A stretch of DNA of 64,000 bases from an uncultured delta proteobacterium (GTDB lineage Bacteria; Desulfobacterota; Desulfobacteria; Desulfobacterales; QNYZ01), in the NCBI GenBank assembly GCA_963845145.1, contig CAWJQU010000006.1, forward strand, positions 39,386 through 103,385. Reading direction: 5' to 3'. Below, piece by piece: positions 1 through 9,624 of the stretch; position 1 is the stretch's first letter; each line of letters begins with the position of its first letter. A program made the translations under genes and the position numbers. Below the pieces are notes generated by a model that did not search any database, had not been told where the DNA came from, and was given only the letters and a program-made list of their open reading frames with translations.

Positions 1-807
1 TGGAATTTACCGATATCGAAGCGGTTGCCGCCATTGCCCGCAAACACCATTTACCCTTGATTGTTGATGCCACTTTTACGACCCCTTACCTGCTGAAAAC
101 CATTGAACACGGGGCCGATATCGTGGTGAATTCAGTCACCAAATGGATCGGTGGGCATGGCACTGGTATTGGGGGCGTTGTCATCGATGCGGGCACCTTT
201 GACTGGACCGACCCGAAATTCAAATTGTTCAATGAGCCGGATCCGAGCTATCATGACATCCGCTATGCCCATGATTTGGGAGACCTTAATCCTGTAGCGT
301 ATATCATGCGAATGCGGCTGGTGCCTTTACGGAATTTGGGCGCCTGTATTTCACCGGATAACGCCTGGATGTTTCTGCAGGGCCTTGAGACCCTTCCTCT
401 GAGAATGGCTCGTCACTGCGAAAACGCTATGGCTGTGGCTGAGTTCTTAAACAATCATCCTCATGTGGCCTGGGTCCGATATCCCGGTCTCGTGGACGAC
501 CCAACCCATTCGGTGGCCAAAAGATACTTACCCAATGGTTATGGCGGTATGGTGGTGTTCGGTATTAAAGGGAGGGATGGAAGCGGCCACAAAATTTATC
601 GAAGCCTTGAACCTTTTCTCTCATTTGGCTAACGTGGGTGATGCCAAGAGTTTGGCACTGCATCCGTCCAGTACTTCTCATTCACAATTAAACGAGGAGC
701 AGCAGAAGGCCGGCGGGCTGACGCCGGACCTGATTCGGCTCTCCATCGGGATTGAACATATCGATGATATTATCCTCGATCTGGATCAAGCCCTTGCGAT
801 AGAGTGA
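1..807 (+). CDS. metY: O-acetylhomoserine sulfhydrylase (Cys/Met metabolism PLP enzyme); 5'-truncated by the window edge, one frameshift near 570
   Basis: ORF 57..632 ([27 protein letters not shown]) and ORF 463..807 ([24 protein letters not shown]) join if one G is removed from AAAGGGAGGG near 570. Lies upstream of metX/metW. Confidence 0.9.
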
Positions 808-808
808 G

Positions 809-1216
809 GTGTCCAATGATGAATCCTGCGCAGAGTTTACCAATTTGCGCGGCAAACTGCATAAAACTCAGAAAGAGCTATCCCAGTTGCTGGGTACATC
901 CATCAAGGCAGTTCACAGCTACGAACAGGGCTGGCGGGCAATTCCGGGCCATGTGGAGCGACAGATGTTTTTTCTCGCCTCTCGTCGTCTGTTAGACCCC
1001 AAGGCGAAAAAATCGTGCTGGCAGATAACCCGCTGTCCACGGGACCGTCGCGCCCAATGCCCTGCTAAGGAGTTCAAGGATTACAAACTGTGCTGGTTTA
1101 TCTGCGGTACGCAATGCCATGGTGTAGTTCACGACACCTGGAAAGAGAAGATGGCGTTTTGTCGGACTTGCCCTGTTTTTCAACCGGTTTTGGACCTTGC
1201 TGTAACCAATGAGTGA
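809..1216 (+). CDS. XRE-type HTH regulator with C-terminal Cys-rich (two-CW-like) domain
   Basis: N-terminal [33 protein letters not shown]-terminal CW..CP..CPA..CW..CGTQC..CRTCP. Overlaps the metX start. Confidence 0.75.
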   Translation: MSNDESCAEFTNLRGKLHKTQKELSQLLGTSIKAVHSYEQGWRAIPGHVERQMFFLASRRLLDPKAKKSCWQITRCPRDRRAQCPAKEFKDYKLCWFICGTQCHGVVHDTWKEKMAFCRTCPVFQPVLDLAVTNE

Positions 1217-2369
1217 GTATATCGAGCATGACCAAAACGGCGTAACGGTCGGCCTGGTTAAAAAGCGGACCTTCACCTTTGCCGAACCACCGGACAAGAT
1301 GATCCTTGAGTGCGGGGAGGCTTTCGGCCCGATAACCCTTGCCTATGAAACTTATGGCGCTTTAAACGCCGATAAAAGCAATGCCGTTTTGATTTGCCAT
1401 GCCCTAACCGGTGATGCCCATGTAGCGGGGTATCACGACGCAGATGATCCCAAACCCGGATGGTGGGACATCATGGTAGGGCCCGGAAAGGGTATCGATA
1501 CGGACCGCTATTTTGTGATCTGTTCCAATATTTTGGGCAGTTGTGTTGGGTCTACCGGGCCGTGTTCCTACAACCCGGACACCGTTGAGCCCTTTGCACT
1601 GGATTTTCCGGTAGTGACTATCGGTGATATGGTTCGGGCGCAAAGGGCGCTTGTTGATCATCTGGGCATAGAGATTCTCCATTGTGTGATCGGCGGGTCC
1701 ATCGGGGGTATGCAGGTGTTGGAGTGGTGTGCACGCTATCCGGGCAGGGTGAAGTCGGCCATACCGCTTGCCAGCACGACCCGACACTCCGCTCTGGCCA
1801 TTGCCTTTAATGAGGTGGCCCGACAGGCCATCATGGCGGATCCCAACTGGAACAGGGGTAAGTACTACAATGGTCCCAAGCCGGACCTCGGATTGGCGGT
1901 AGCCCGCATGATCGGTCATATCACCTATCTGTCCGATGATGCCATGCGCATGAAATTCGGCAGACGGCTTCAGGATAAAAATGATTTTTCATTTAATTTT
2001 GATGCTGACTTCCAAGTGGAAAGTTACCTGCGTCATCAGGGTAAAAAATTTGTCGAGCGCTTTGATGCCAATTCGTTTTTATATATCACCAAAGCGGCCG
2101 ATTATTTCGATTTGGGCCGAGAGCATGGCGACGGCTCCGATGTTAAAGCATTTTCAAAAGCCAAGGCCAAGTTTTTGGTAATCTCCTTTACTTCCGACTG
2201 GCTCTACCCTACATACCAATCCCGCCATATTGTCAAAGCCATGAATAAAAACGGGCTGGATGTTAGTTTTTGCGAGATCGAAGCACAATGGGGACACGAT
2301 GCCTTTCTATTACCCAGCGTGCGCATGAACGCTTTGATCAAGGGGTTTCTCAATCATGCCGCCGACTAA
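1209..2369 (+). CDS. metX: Homoserine O-acetyltransferase
   Basis: [17 protein letters not shown] nucleophile elbow, GHDAFL; 386 aa. Confidence 0.95.
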   Translation: MSEYIEHDQNGVTVGLVKKRTFTFAEPPDKMILECGEAFGPITLAYETYGALNADKSNAVLICHALTGDAHVAGYHDADDPKPGWWDIMVGPGKGIDTDRYFVICSNILGSCVGSTGPCSYNPDTVEPFALDFPVVTIGDMVRAQRALVDHLGIEILHCVIGGSIGGMQVLEWCARYPGRVKSAIPLASTTRHSALAIAFNEVARQAIMADPNWNRGKYYNGPKPDLGLAVARMIGHITYLSDDAMRMKFGRRLQDKNDFSFNFDADFQVESYLRHQGKKFVERFDANSFLYITKAADYFDLGREHGDGSDVKAFSKAKAKFLVISFTSDWLYPTYQSRHIVKAMNKNGLDVSFCEIEAQWGHDAFLLPSVRMNALIKGFLNHAAD

Positions 2370-2991
2370 AACCAGCCCCATTGGGCTTCGATATGATCTT
2401 CAAACGGTGGCATCCTGGATACCGGACGGCGCCAAAGTACTTGGGTTGGGGTGTGGGGAAGGGGATCTGCTCTACTATTTAAAACATGAAAAGCAAGTCA
2501 TCGGTTCCGGGATCGAGAAAAATGAGGCGCGGGTAGCCGCTTGCATAGAAAAAGGGCTGACCGTCCTGCAAGGGGATATCAATGAAGAGATTCAGGACTA
2601 TCCGGACAAGGCCTTTGATTTCGTCATCTGCACCCTCACCCTGCAACAGGTCTACGATCCGGCCAGCCTGATCCAGGACATGTTACGTATTGGTAATCGG
2701 GGCATTGTCAGTTTTCCCAATTTTAGCCATTGGCGTATCCGGCTGCAACTCCTTCTCACAGGAAACGCCCCCAAAACCAAGCAGCTACCCTATGAATGGT
2801 ACAATACCCCCAATATTCGGGTGATCACCCTAAAGGATTTTCGAAATTTTGCGCGGGATGTAAACATTCGAATCGTCCGGGAAGCCGCCATTAATACCAT
2901 CGGGCAGGATCGCCAGGGAAAAGTGACCCACCGGTTGCCGGACTGGCGGGCCAAGTATGGTATATTCATGGTCGAAAATTCTTTATCATAA
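2356..2991 (+). CDS. metW: Methionine biosynthesis protein MetW (SAM-dependent methyltransferase fold)
   Basis: [31 protein letters not shown]; directly after metX. Confidence 0.93.
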   Translation: MPPTKTSPIGLRYDLQTVASWIPDGAKVLGLGCGEGDLLYYLKHEKQVIGSGIEKNEARVAACIEKGLTVLQGDINEEIQDYPDKAFDFVICTLTLQQVYDPASLIQDMLRIGNRGIVSFPNFSHWRIRLQLLLTGNAPKTKQLPYEWYNTPNIRVITLKDFRNFARDVNIRIVREAAINTIGQDRQGKVTHRLPDWRAKYGIFMVENSLS

Positions 2992-3029
2992 AATGATTCC
3001 AAATTACTGATGCATTTTACACCATTTTC

Positions 3030-3059
3030 TTGACATATTTTCATCGGTATGCATACACT
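3030..3059 (+). promoter_or_regulatory. Possible sigma70 promoter for the sensor kinase operon
   Basis: TTGACA-N18-TACACT upstream of 3280. Confidence 0.35.
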
Positions 3060-3279
3060 TTTTTAAAAAAAGAACCTGACTTTTCTATCATTTTCGGATG
3101 ATAACCGCATCTTCTCTCTATTAACAAAAAGCCGTTCTAATCAACGAGTAACCGGTTTGGTTCGGCGCCCTCGGAAGCCGAACATCGAAGATTTTTCAAA
3201 ACGAACAACCATATTGCTGCAGCCATAGGTGCCTCTGTATTTTTCAGGGGTGCCGGTAGGGAACTTGAGGTGACCGATT

Positions 3280-4830
3280 ATGGATAGCCCATCGACTCAG
3301 GAGTACTTGCTGCTTAGGGTTGCCGTGGTAGCCAGAGGATATCGCGCCCTATCCGTGATGCGGATGCTGGGTGATATCAAACCCGGAAGATTGAGGCTTA
3401 AGTTGGTTGCCATGGCTACCGTCGGTAAATCCGTTGCCTGTACAAAATATGCCGGAGAAGTAGACGTTACCGTGTACGAGAACCCAAGGGATCTTTTAGA
3501 AGTGGAACCCCTTGATTTGATTCTCGAAATGACAGGTGATGCACAAACACTGGTTGATCTGGTCAGAAATAAACCGGCCTCAATCGGTATTTTAGACCGA
3601 CAGGCCTCCATGCTTATTTTCGATATCGCCGGTCTGTACCATCAGGCATCAGAGCCCGATTCCGAAATAAGCCTGGCGTCTTCCTTCGCTTCTGCCTTGT
3701 TGGAGGCGTCGCCAGACGGTGTAATGGTCCTCGATCGTGATTTCCGGATCGTCAATTGCAATGATTCTCCCATCGTCACCGGTGGGAAGGGGCGTAAGTA
3801 CGCCCTGGGAAGACCGTGTTATCATCTCATCCATAACTCTCAAAAGGAGTGCAGTGTCCATGAATTAAGATGCCCCATGGAGGAAGTGTTCAAAACCGGC
3901 CGGCCCGCCAGAACCGTTCACGAGACCAAACCGGGTAGCCCCGATACCAGAGTCCATCAATCGACGGCCTACCCCCTGACCAATCCGCTGGGTGAGATTG
4001 TTCAAGTCGTTGTCGTTATCAGAGACATTACCCAAGAGGTGACGGATCGGGTTGAACAACGAACACAGGTGATTAAAAATGACCTGGAACGATTTGTACG
4101 TGAAGACCGCCTGGCGTCTTTAGGCCGGCTGGTCGCTTCCGTCTGTCATGAAATTAACAACCCTATCTCCAGTATTCTGACATTCAACAAACTTATCCTA
4201 AGATGCATTCAGGAAGATGATCTGCCTGAGGGAGGATTGGATACCTTCAGCCACTATCTGGATATTAGCGTCCGGGAAGCCATGCGTTGCGGCCAGATCG
4301 TAAAAAGTCTGCTTACCTTTGCTCGGCAGAAAAAGATTGAAGTGATTCAGATCGATCTCAAAGAGATGATCGATACCATTATGGTTCTCACGAATCATCA
4401 GCTGGAAATGAACAACATCGCACACGAGTTGAGCCTACCCGAAGGCTCATTTACCGCAAAAGGAGATTACACTCAAATTCAACAATGTTTGATGAACCTT
4501 ATTTTCAATGCCATTGAATCCATGCCCGAAGGCGGAACACTAACCCTCTCGGGGGGGGGCAACGATGATGCAAAAACGGTTTGGCTGAATGTTGCTGACA
4601 CGGGCAGCGGTATTGATCCTGAAGACCTGCCACGTATTTTCGAACCCTTTTATACCAGTAAAAAGGAAGGTAAAGGGGTAGGGCTGGGACTGTCAATGGT
4701 ACACGGGGTCATCAGTGAACACAAAGGGACCATTGAAGTCGAAAGCGAGCCGGGCATGGGGTCGACATTTAACCTGACCTTACCGGCCGGAGTCGATAAA
4801 ACTTCGAAAACAGGAGGAGAAACCTCATGA
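3280..4830 (+). CDS. PAS sensor histidine kinase with N-terminal Rossmann-like domain
   Basis: H-box VCHEINNP, N-box NLIFNAIES, G-boxes DTGSGI and GVGLGLS; PAS region LLEASPDGVMVLD. Confidence 0.92.
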   Translation: MDSPSTQEYLLLRVAVVARGYRALSVMRMLGDIKPGRLRLKLVAMATVGKSVACTKYAGEVDVTVYENPRDLLEVEPLDLILEMTGDAQTLVDLVRNKPASIGILDRQASMLIFDIAGLYHQASEPDSEISLASSFASALLEASPDGVMVLDRDFRIVNCNDSPIVTGGKGRKYALGRPCYHLIHNSQKECSVHELRCPMEEVFKTGRPARTVHETKPGSPDTRVHQSTAYPLTNPLGEIVQVVVVIRDITQEVTDRVEQRTQVIKNDLERFVREDRLASLGRLVASVCHEINNPISSILTFNKLILRCIQEDDLPEGGLDTFSHYLDISVREAMRCGQIVKSLLTFARQKKIEVIQIDLKEMIDTIMVLTNHQLEMNNIAHELSLPEGSFTAKGDYTQIQQCLMNLIFNAIESMPEGGTLTLSGGGNDDAKTVWLNVADTGSGIDPEDLPRIFEPFYTSKKEGKGVGLGLSMVHGVISEHKGTIEVESEPGMGSTFNLTLPAGVDKTSKTGGETS

Positions 4831-6179
4831 TACAATCCATGCGGATACTGATCGTCGACGATGAGGAGCCTATTCGCGAAGCCTTGAGCGCTTGGCTGAT
4901 AAAGGATGGGTATCAGGTCAGTACCGCCGATTCTGGGATGACGGCTATGGGTTTTATCGAAAAGGATCTGTTCGATTTGTATCTTGTGGACATAAAAATG
5001 CCGGGAATGAGCGGAATTGACCTTTTGGGGAGAATCAAAGAGGTTCAACCGGATGCCAACGTCATAATGATTACCGCTCATGGGTCCATTCAAACCGCGG
5101 TGGAGGCGATGAAACGCGGCGCTTGCGATTATATTTGTAAACCCTTCGATCCGGACGAATTGTCTTTGATGACAGAGAGAGTGTCGGCTACACAGGCCCT
5201 GAAAAATGAAAACCGATCGCTACGTGAACAGTTGATGGAGCAGCAGGAAACTTCTTTTGAAGGACTGGTTGTGGAATCGGAAGCATTGAGGGAGGTTTTT
5301 AAGAGCCTGCAGGACGTGGCGCCTACTTCGGCCCCGGTTCTTATTACCGGTGAAACAGGCGCAGGAAAGGAGATTGTGGCAAGGGCCATCCACTTACAGA
5401 GTGAACAGGCCCATGGACCCTTCGTTACGATCAACTGTGGCGCTCAATCGGAAACACTTTTGGAAAGCGAACTCTTTGGTCACGAACGCGGCGCTTTTAC
5501 GGGCGCCGTGAAAGCCCGTCGGGGAAGGCTCGAAATGGCCAACAACGGAACGCTTTTCCTGGATGAAATTGGAGAAATTTCAACCAAAATGCAGGTCAGC
5601 CTCCTACGCGTCTTGGAGGAGAAGCAGGTTCAGCGGGTTGGCGGCAACCAAAGCGTCGATACGAACTTTCGCTTGATATGCGCGACGCATCGCGATCTTC
5701 CACAATTGATCAGGGAAGATCATTTTCGAGAAGATTTTTACTATCGGATCAATGTGATAACCATCAATATTCCCCCACTTCGCGAGCGTCTAGCAGATGT
5801 CCCGTTGCTTGCCGATCATTTTCTCGAACGGTATGTCCAGGAAACCGGTAAACGTGTGGAAGGGTTGACCCAGCGGGCCATAGGTCTATTGATGGCCTAT
5901 CATTGGCCCGGGAATGTCCGCGAGCTGCGCAACGTGGTCGAGCGGGCAGTGGTTCTGGCGAGGGGCAGAATGATAGGTGCCGAGGAACTCTCCTTTCTTC
6001 AACCCGACGCTGATGAATGCCGGTTCGGGACGATGACCCTAAAACAAGTTGAACTCAGCCATCTCAAAGCCGCTCTTGAATCCACTGGCTGGAATATATC
6101 CCAGACCGCACGACAATTGGATATCGATCGCGGGACTTTGGCACGGAAAATCAAACGTTATCAACTGATTCGAGATTAA
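4827..6179 (+). CDS. NtrC-family sigma54-dependent response regulator
   Basis: Receiver (ILIVDDE, DIKMPG), Walker A GETGAGKE, GAFTGA, C-terminal Fis HTH; ATGA overlap with the kinase. Confidence 0.95.
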   Translation: MIQSMRILIVDDEEPIREALSAWLIKDGYQVSTADSGMTAMGFIEKDLFDLYLVDIKMPGMSGIDLLGRIKEVQPDANVIMITAHGSIQTAVEAMKRGACDYICKPFDPDELSLMTERVSATQALKNENRSLREQLMEQQETSFEGLVVESEALREVFKSLQDVAPTSAPVLITGETGAGKEIVARAIHLQSEQAHGPFVTINCGAQSETLLESELFGHERGAFTGAVKARRGRLEMANNGTLFLDEIGEISTKMQVSLLRVLEEKQVQRVGGNQSVDTNFRLICATHRDLPQLIREDHFREDFYYRINVITINIPPLRERLADVPLLADHFLERYVQETGKRVEGLTQRAIGLLMAYHWPGNVRELRNVVERAVVLARGRMIGAEELSFLQPDADECRFGTMTLKQVELSHLKAALESTGWNISQTARQLDIDRGTLARKIKRYQLIRD

Positions 6180-6218
6180 ACAAAAGATCCATCCCCAGTA
6201 TATTGAATCATCAGTATA

Positions 6219-6785
6219 ATGAATAATAAGCAAAGCAACCAACCGACTACCGAATCCAGAGGTTTAATCGATATCATTCCGCTTGGACGCGTCGATCCCT
6301 TCTCGGTTTCCATTGTGGCCGCCAACCTTCAAGCCATCATCGGACTTAATGCCAACGTTTTAGAACCTAGGCCGTCCCCCGAATATGCGTTTTCATCCCA
6401 AAGGCAGCAGTTCGACGCGTTGAAAATCATTAAACAGTTCTCCAAAGAAGAACAAGGGGCGGTCTTCAAAATGGGCGTGACTGAATTCGACATTTGCACG
6501 CCGATCCTTACCTTTGTCTACGGCGAATCGCAACTGGGAGGGAGAATCGCCCTTATTTCAATGAATCGTCTTCATGGGGATGGGGCGGAGTCCACATATG
6601 AGAGAGCGGCAAAGATCGCCGTTCATGAGGTCGGACACATTTTAGGATTGGAGCATTGCTGGGAAGTCAGGTGTCTTATGCATTTCAGCCGCAATCTTGA
6701 TCAGTTAGATTCCCTGCCTTTGAAATTTTGCTCGGCCTGTGAATTCGAAACCGCCCGCCGTATCAGAAATTTAACGGCCGGGTAG
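6219..6785 (+). CDS. Archaemetzincin-family Zn metalloprotease
   Basis: HEVGHILGLEHC...CLM...FCSAC motif. Confidence 0.88.
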   Translation: MNNKQSNQPTTESRGLIDIIPLGRVDPFSVSIVAANLQAIIGLNANVLEPRPSPEYAFSSQRQQFDALKIIKQFSKEEQGAVFKMGVTEFDICTPILTFVYGESQLGGRIALISMNRLHGDGAESTYERAAKIAVHEVGHILGLEHCWEVRCLMHFSRNLDQLDSLPLKFCSACEFETARRIRNLTAG

Positions 6786-6840
6786 GAAAATAAAAATGGC
6801 CAGGCAGGAAAATAAAAACGGGTGTATAGGAAAATAAAAG
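6783..6840. repeat. Three direct repeats AGGAAAATAAAA at 22-bp period
   Basis: Copies start at 6784, 6806 and 6828. Confidence 0.8.
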
Positions 6841-6872
6841 AGGTTCTCCCCGCCGCTGGGAGAAACCTCTTT
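6838..6872. terminator. Probable bidirectional intrinsic terminator
   Basis: AAGAGGTTCTCCC-loop-GGGAGAAACCTCTT hairpin with A/T-rich flanks, between convergent genes. Confidence 0.65.
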
Positions 6873-6968
6873 TAACTTTCGTAAAGGGTTAATCGTTTGT
6901 ACTTCAATATGTTACTTGATGCCGTAACGCGAAATATTGAATGTCGTACCTTTGGACTTTATTTTTAC

Positions 6969-7880
6969 CTATTGAAGGAAAGCGTCCACTAGACGATCCC
7001 AACCGATTTCGGGTACTGCTCCGTAAATATCCTTAACAGCCTCACCACCGGTGGCTGCCATCCGGTAGCCACCCTCCTCATCAAGCAATGTTGTCAGCCG
7101 TCCGGCGTCATCATCAGTCCAAGCCAAACTCTCAACACCATACAATAGGTTTTTCAGGTTCTTGCGCAGGTTTTTCGGCTCGATGACCATCAGCCAGCCT
7201 TCGGCATAAGGTGATGTGTTGGCACGTTCGGCATTGCCGGCTATCTTCGGGTTGACTGCGATCACCGTACCATCAAGGGGGCTTTTGGTTTCCGCTTCGT
7301 TTGTTCCCCGTACCAGGGTGGCTTGAGGTCGGTTTTGTTCCACGGCGGTCCCTAGTCGGGGAAGTTTGATTTCATCTTGCGGGCCCAGCAGTCTCATCGC
7401 AAAATCATCGATACCCACCCGCACTCGGCCACCGTATTCCACACGAGCCCATGTATGCCCAAAATGATAATAGTGATCTCTTGCTACGGAGAATCCGGAT
7501 GCATGATCGCAAAGCGGCGGTGTCAGGGTCGGCATCATGGCTCCGTCTTCTATCATCTGGTCGTAGGGACATTTTACACAGTTGTAGTTATGGGCGCACA
7601 TTTTGTAAGACACTCGGCCACTCAGCATGTGTCGGCATTTACCTTGGCTCTCCAGTAAACTCATTCTGGGATTCCGGTAGGCCCCCCACACTTTCTTAGT
7701 ATCCATATCCCTGGTCTGAAAATCTGCCTGAACCTTCTGGTCGAAGGCACAGCCAAGACAGTCAAAAGCATTGATGCACTTCATGGCCTTGACCACCCCT
7801 GCGCGGGCCCATACACATTGCTCGTTTGACAAACCGAAAACACTTGGACGTCCGGATCTTTTTCTTTTTTTCTCACCCAT
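6969..7880 (-). CDS. Glycine cleavage H-like protein with two N-terminal 4-Cys repeats and no lipoyl-Lys
   Basis: HTWARVE..VRVGIDDFA..SPLDGTVIAVN..PYAEGWL H-protein fold; two C-x12-C-x5-C-x2-C motifs; AGGAGG RBS before ATG 7880. Confidence 0.85.
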   Translation of the reverse strand: MGEKKRKRSGRPSVFGLSNEQCVWARAGVVKAMKCINAFDCLGCAFDQKVQADFQTRDMDTKKVWGAYRNPRMSLLESQGKCRHMLSGRVSYKMCAHNYNCVKCPYDQMIEDGAMMPTLTPPLCDHASGFSVARDHYYHFGHTWARVEYGGRVRVGIDDFAMRLLGPQDEIKLPRLGTAVEQNRPQATLVRGTNEAETKSPLDGTVIAVNPKIAGNAERANTSPYAEGWLMVIEPKNLRKNLKNLLYGVESLAWTDDDAGRLTTLLDEEGGYRMAATGGEAVKDIYGAVPEIGWDRLVDAFLQ

Positions 7881-7956
7881 GACTGCCTCCTTTTGATTTG
7901 CCGTCAACTTAAATTTTTATTTGCGGGTTTTTGTGTTTCGTTTGTTTATCTTATAG

Positions 7957-7973
7957 AGCATAAACCGGGCCAA
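7957..7973 (-). promoter_or_regulatory. sigma54 -24/-12 promoter of the GcvH-like gene
   Basis: Minus strand reads TTGGCCCGGTTTATGCT (GG-N10-GC). Confidence 0.7.
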
Positions 7974-8289
7974 TTCATGAATGATACAGTATGAAATATC
8001 TAACTTATTTAAATCATAGATAAAAAAATATGACGGGGAGCCCCGCGAAGTAAACTGAAAATAAATTTATGGGGCTAAATACAGCACCTATATATTTCTA
8101 TAAATAAAATGCTTTACATTACAATAAGTTAGGGGAGTGTTGTAAAATGCTAGAGTATGATGTAATTTGCATCAGCTGTAAAATGAACCACTATTTGTCT
8201 AACCGCCGGCGAGGGTGTGGTCGGGGGTGGAATGAAACCTTTTGGGGAAAGTTTTGGGAGAGTACTGATTTCAGATCGTGTGCAACCAA

Positions 8290-8342
8290 TCGTGTCTTCA
8301 GGTCGTGTCTTCAGGTCGTTGTCTTCAGGTCGCGTGTTCAGG
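8290..8342. repeat. Tandem repeat, ~4 x TCGTGTCTTCAGG
   Basis: Two exact and two degenerate 13-14 bp units; the last overlaps the aminotransferase stop codon. Confidence 0.85.
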
Positions 8343-9561
8343 ATAATAGTTGCGAAAGACGGCGAACACCTTCGTCAATCAGCGCTTCTGAGGCATAGGA
8401 GAAATTGAGACGCAATTCGTTGGTTTTTATCGTGCCTGTTGGGTAAAACTTGCTGCCCGGAATAAAGGCCACCTTATTGTCAATTGCCCGGTCAAATAGC
8501 CGGTCGGTATCGACATCCGTGTCAAAGCTAACCCAAATGAACATCCCGCCTTCCGGCTTGGTCCACCGGACGCCATCGGGCATATAGTCCTCCAGGGCTT
8601 TGAGCATGGCGTCCCGACGCGGGCGGTACAGGTCGATAATTTTTTCGATATGGCCCTTCATATACCCCTCATCGATAAAGTGGGCGGTGACGCGTTGGGT
8701 GGCGCAATCGGGGCTGACAGTGGATTTTTGGGCCCATTTGACCATTGGCTCGATAATCTCCGGCGGCCCGGCTGCAAATCCCAAACGCAATCCCGGCCCC
8801 AGTATTTTCGAAAATGATTTGGCAATGGTGACCCGTTTGGGATCGTTAAATTCAGTGCGGGCCATTTCCCAGAGTGTGATGATTCGTTTCCCACTATACC
8901 GTAACTCACGATAAGGCTGATCTTCTAAGATCGGAAGATCGAACGCTTCGGCCAACTCGATAATGGCCCTTCGGCGCGCAAGATCCATGGTTCGGCCGCT
9001 GGGATTTTGGAACTCCGGAATCAAATATAAAAATTTGACGGTTTTATTTTCTCGCGCGAGCCGGCTAAGGGTATCCCGCAACAGGTCGGGAATGATACCG
9101 TATTCATCCATGTCAACGCCGATAACACGGGCACCGCACGCTTCCATGGCTGCCAGAGAGCCTGGGAAGCCCGGGGCTTCACATACAATGATATCGCCCG
9201 GGTCAATTAAGGTTCGCGTGAAATAGTAAATACCGTTGGTGGAGCCCACCGTAACCATGAGCTCATCATCGGAGAGATCGGGAACCGCTTCGAACGCTTT
9301 GATCGATTGTTTAAAAACCTTGTCCCCACCGCTTTCACCATATTGGAGAACCTCGTCTCCCTCTTCACGAATGACCCGGGAAAAGAGGTCGGCAAGATAT
9401 GCTTTAGGGAAGGATTCCGGGCTGGGCAGGCCTCCGGCAAATGAAATCATACCGGGTACGCCCTTTGTCACTTTAAGAATTTCTCGAATAAAGGAGTGTT
9501 TCATGGACGCGGTTGTTCGCGCGTATCGCTGCGTGATCGATCCAATCATGCCAGCCTCCAT
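8338..9561 (-). CDS. PLP-dependent class I/II aminotransferase (LysN/ARO8-like)
   Basis: ISFAGGLP, FQNPSG, EDQPY, SFSKILGPGLRLG, GGMFIW, LRLNFS. Confidence 0.92.
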   Translation of the reverse strand: MEAGMIGSITQRYARTTASMKHSFIREILKVTKGVPGMISFAGGLPSPESFPKAYLADLFSRVIREEGDEVLQYGESGGDKVFKQSIKAFEAVPDLSDDELMVTVGSTNGIYYFTRTLIDPGDIIVCEAPGFPGSLAAMEACGARVIGVDMDEYGIIPDLLRDTLSRLARENKTVKFLYLIPEFQNPSGRTMDLARRRAIIELAEAFDLPILEDQPYRELRYSGKRIITLWEMARTEFNDPKRVTIAKSFSKILGPGLRLGFAAGPPEIIEPMVKWAQKSTVSPDCATQRVTAHFIDEGYMKGHIEKIIDLYRPRRDAMLKALEDYMPDGVRWTKPEGGMFIWVSFDTDVDTDRLFDRAIDNKVAFIPGSKFYPTGTIKTNELRLNFSYASEALIDEGVRRLSQLLS

Positions 9562-9624
9562 TTCTGTTGATAGGCCTGCCCCAATGTTTTCGCCCCGAAA
9601 AAGGTGAACTTTCCCACGGGATGG

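Noticed and set aside
565..580. metY frameshift as programmed recoding or a true pseudogene
   Set aside because: A single extra G in a short G-run, in an otherwise intact biosynthetic gene. Most simply a consensus error.
6783..6840. Mini CRISPR array
   Set aside because: The 12-bp repeats and 10-bp spacers are far too short, and there are no cas genes.
6969..7880. Functional glycine cleavage system
   Set aside because: The lipoyl-Lys is absent and there is no gcvP/T/L in the window.
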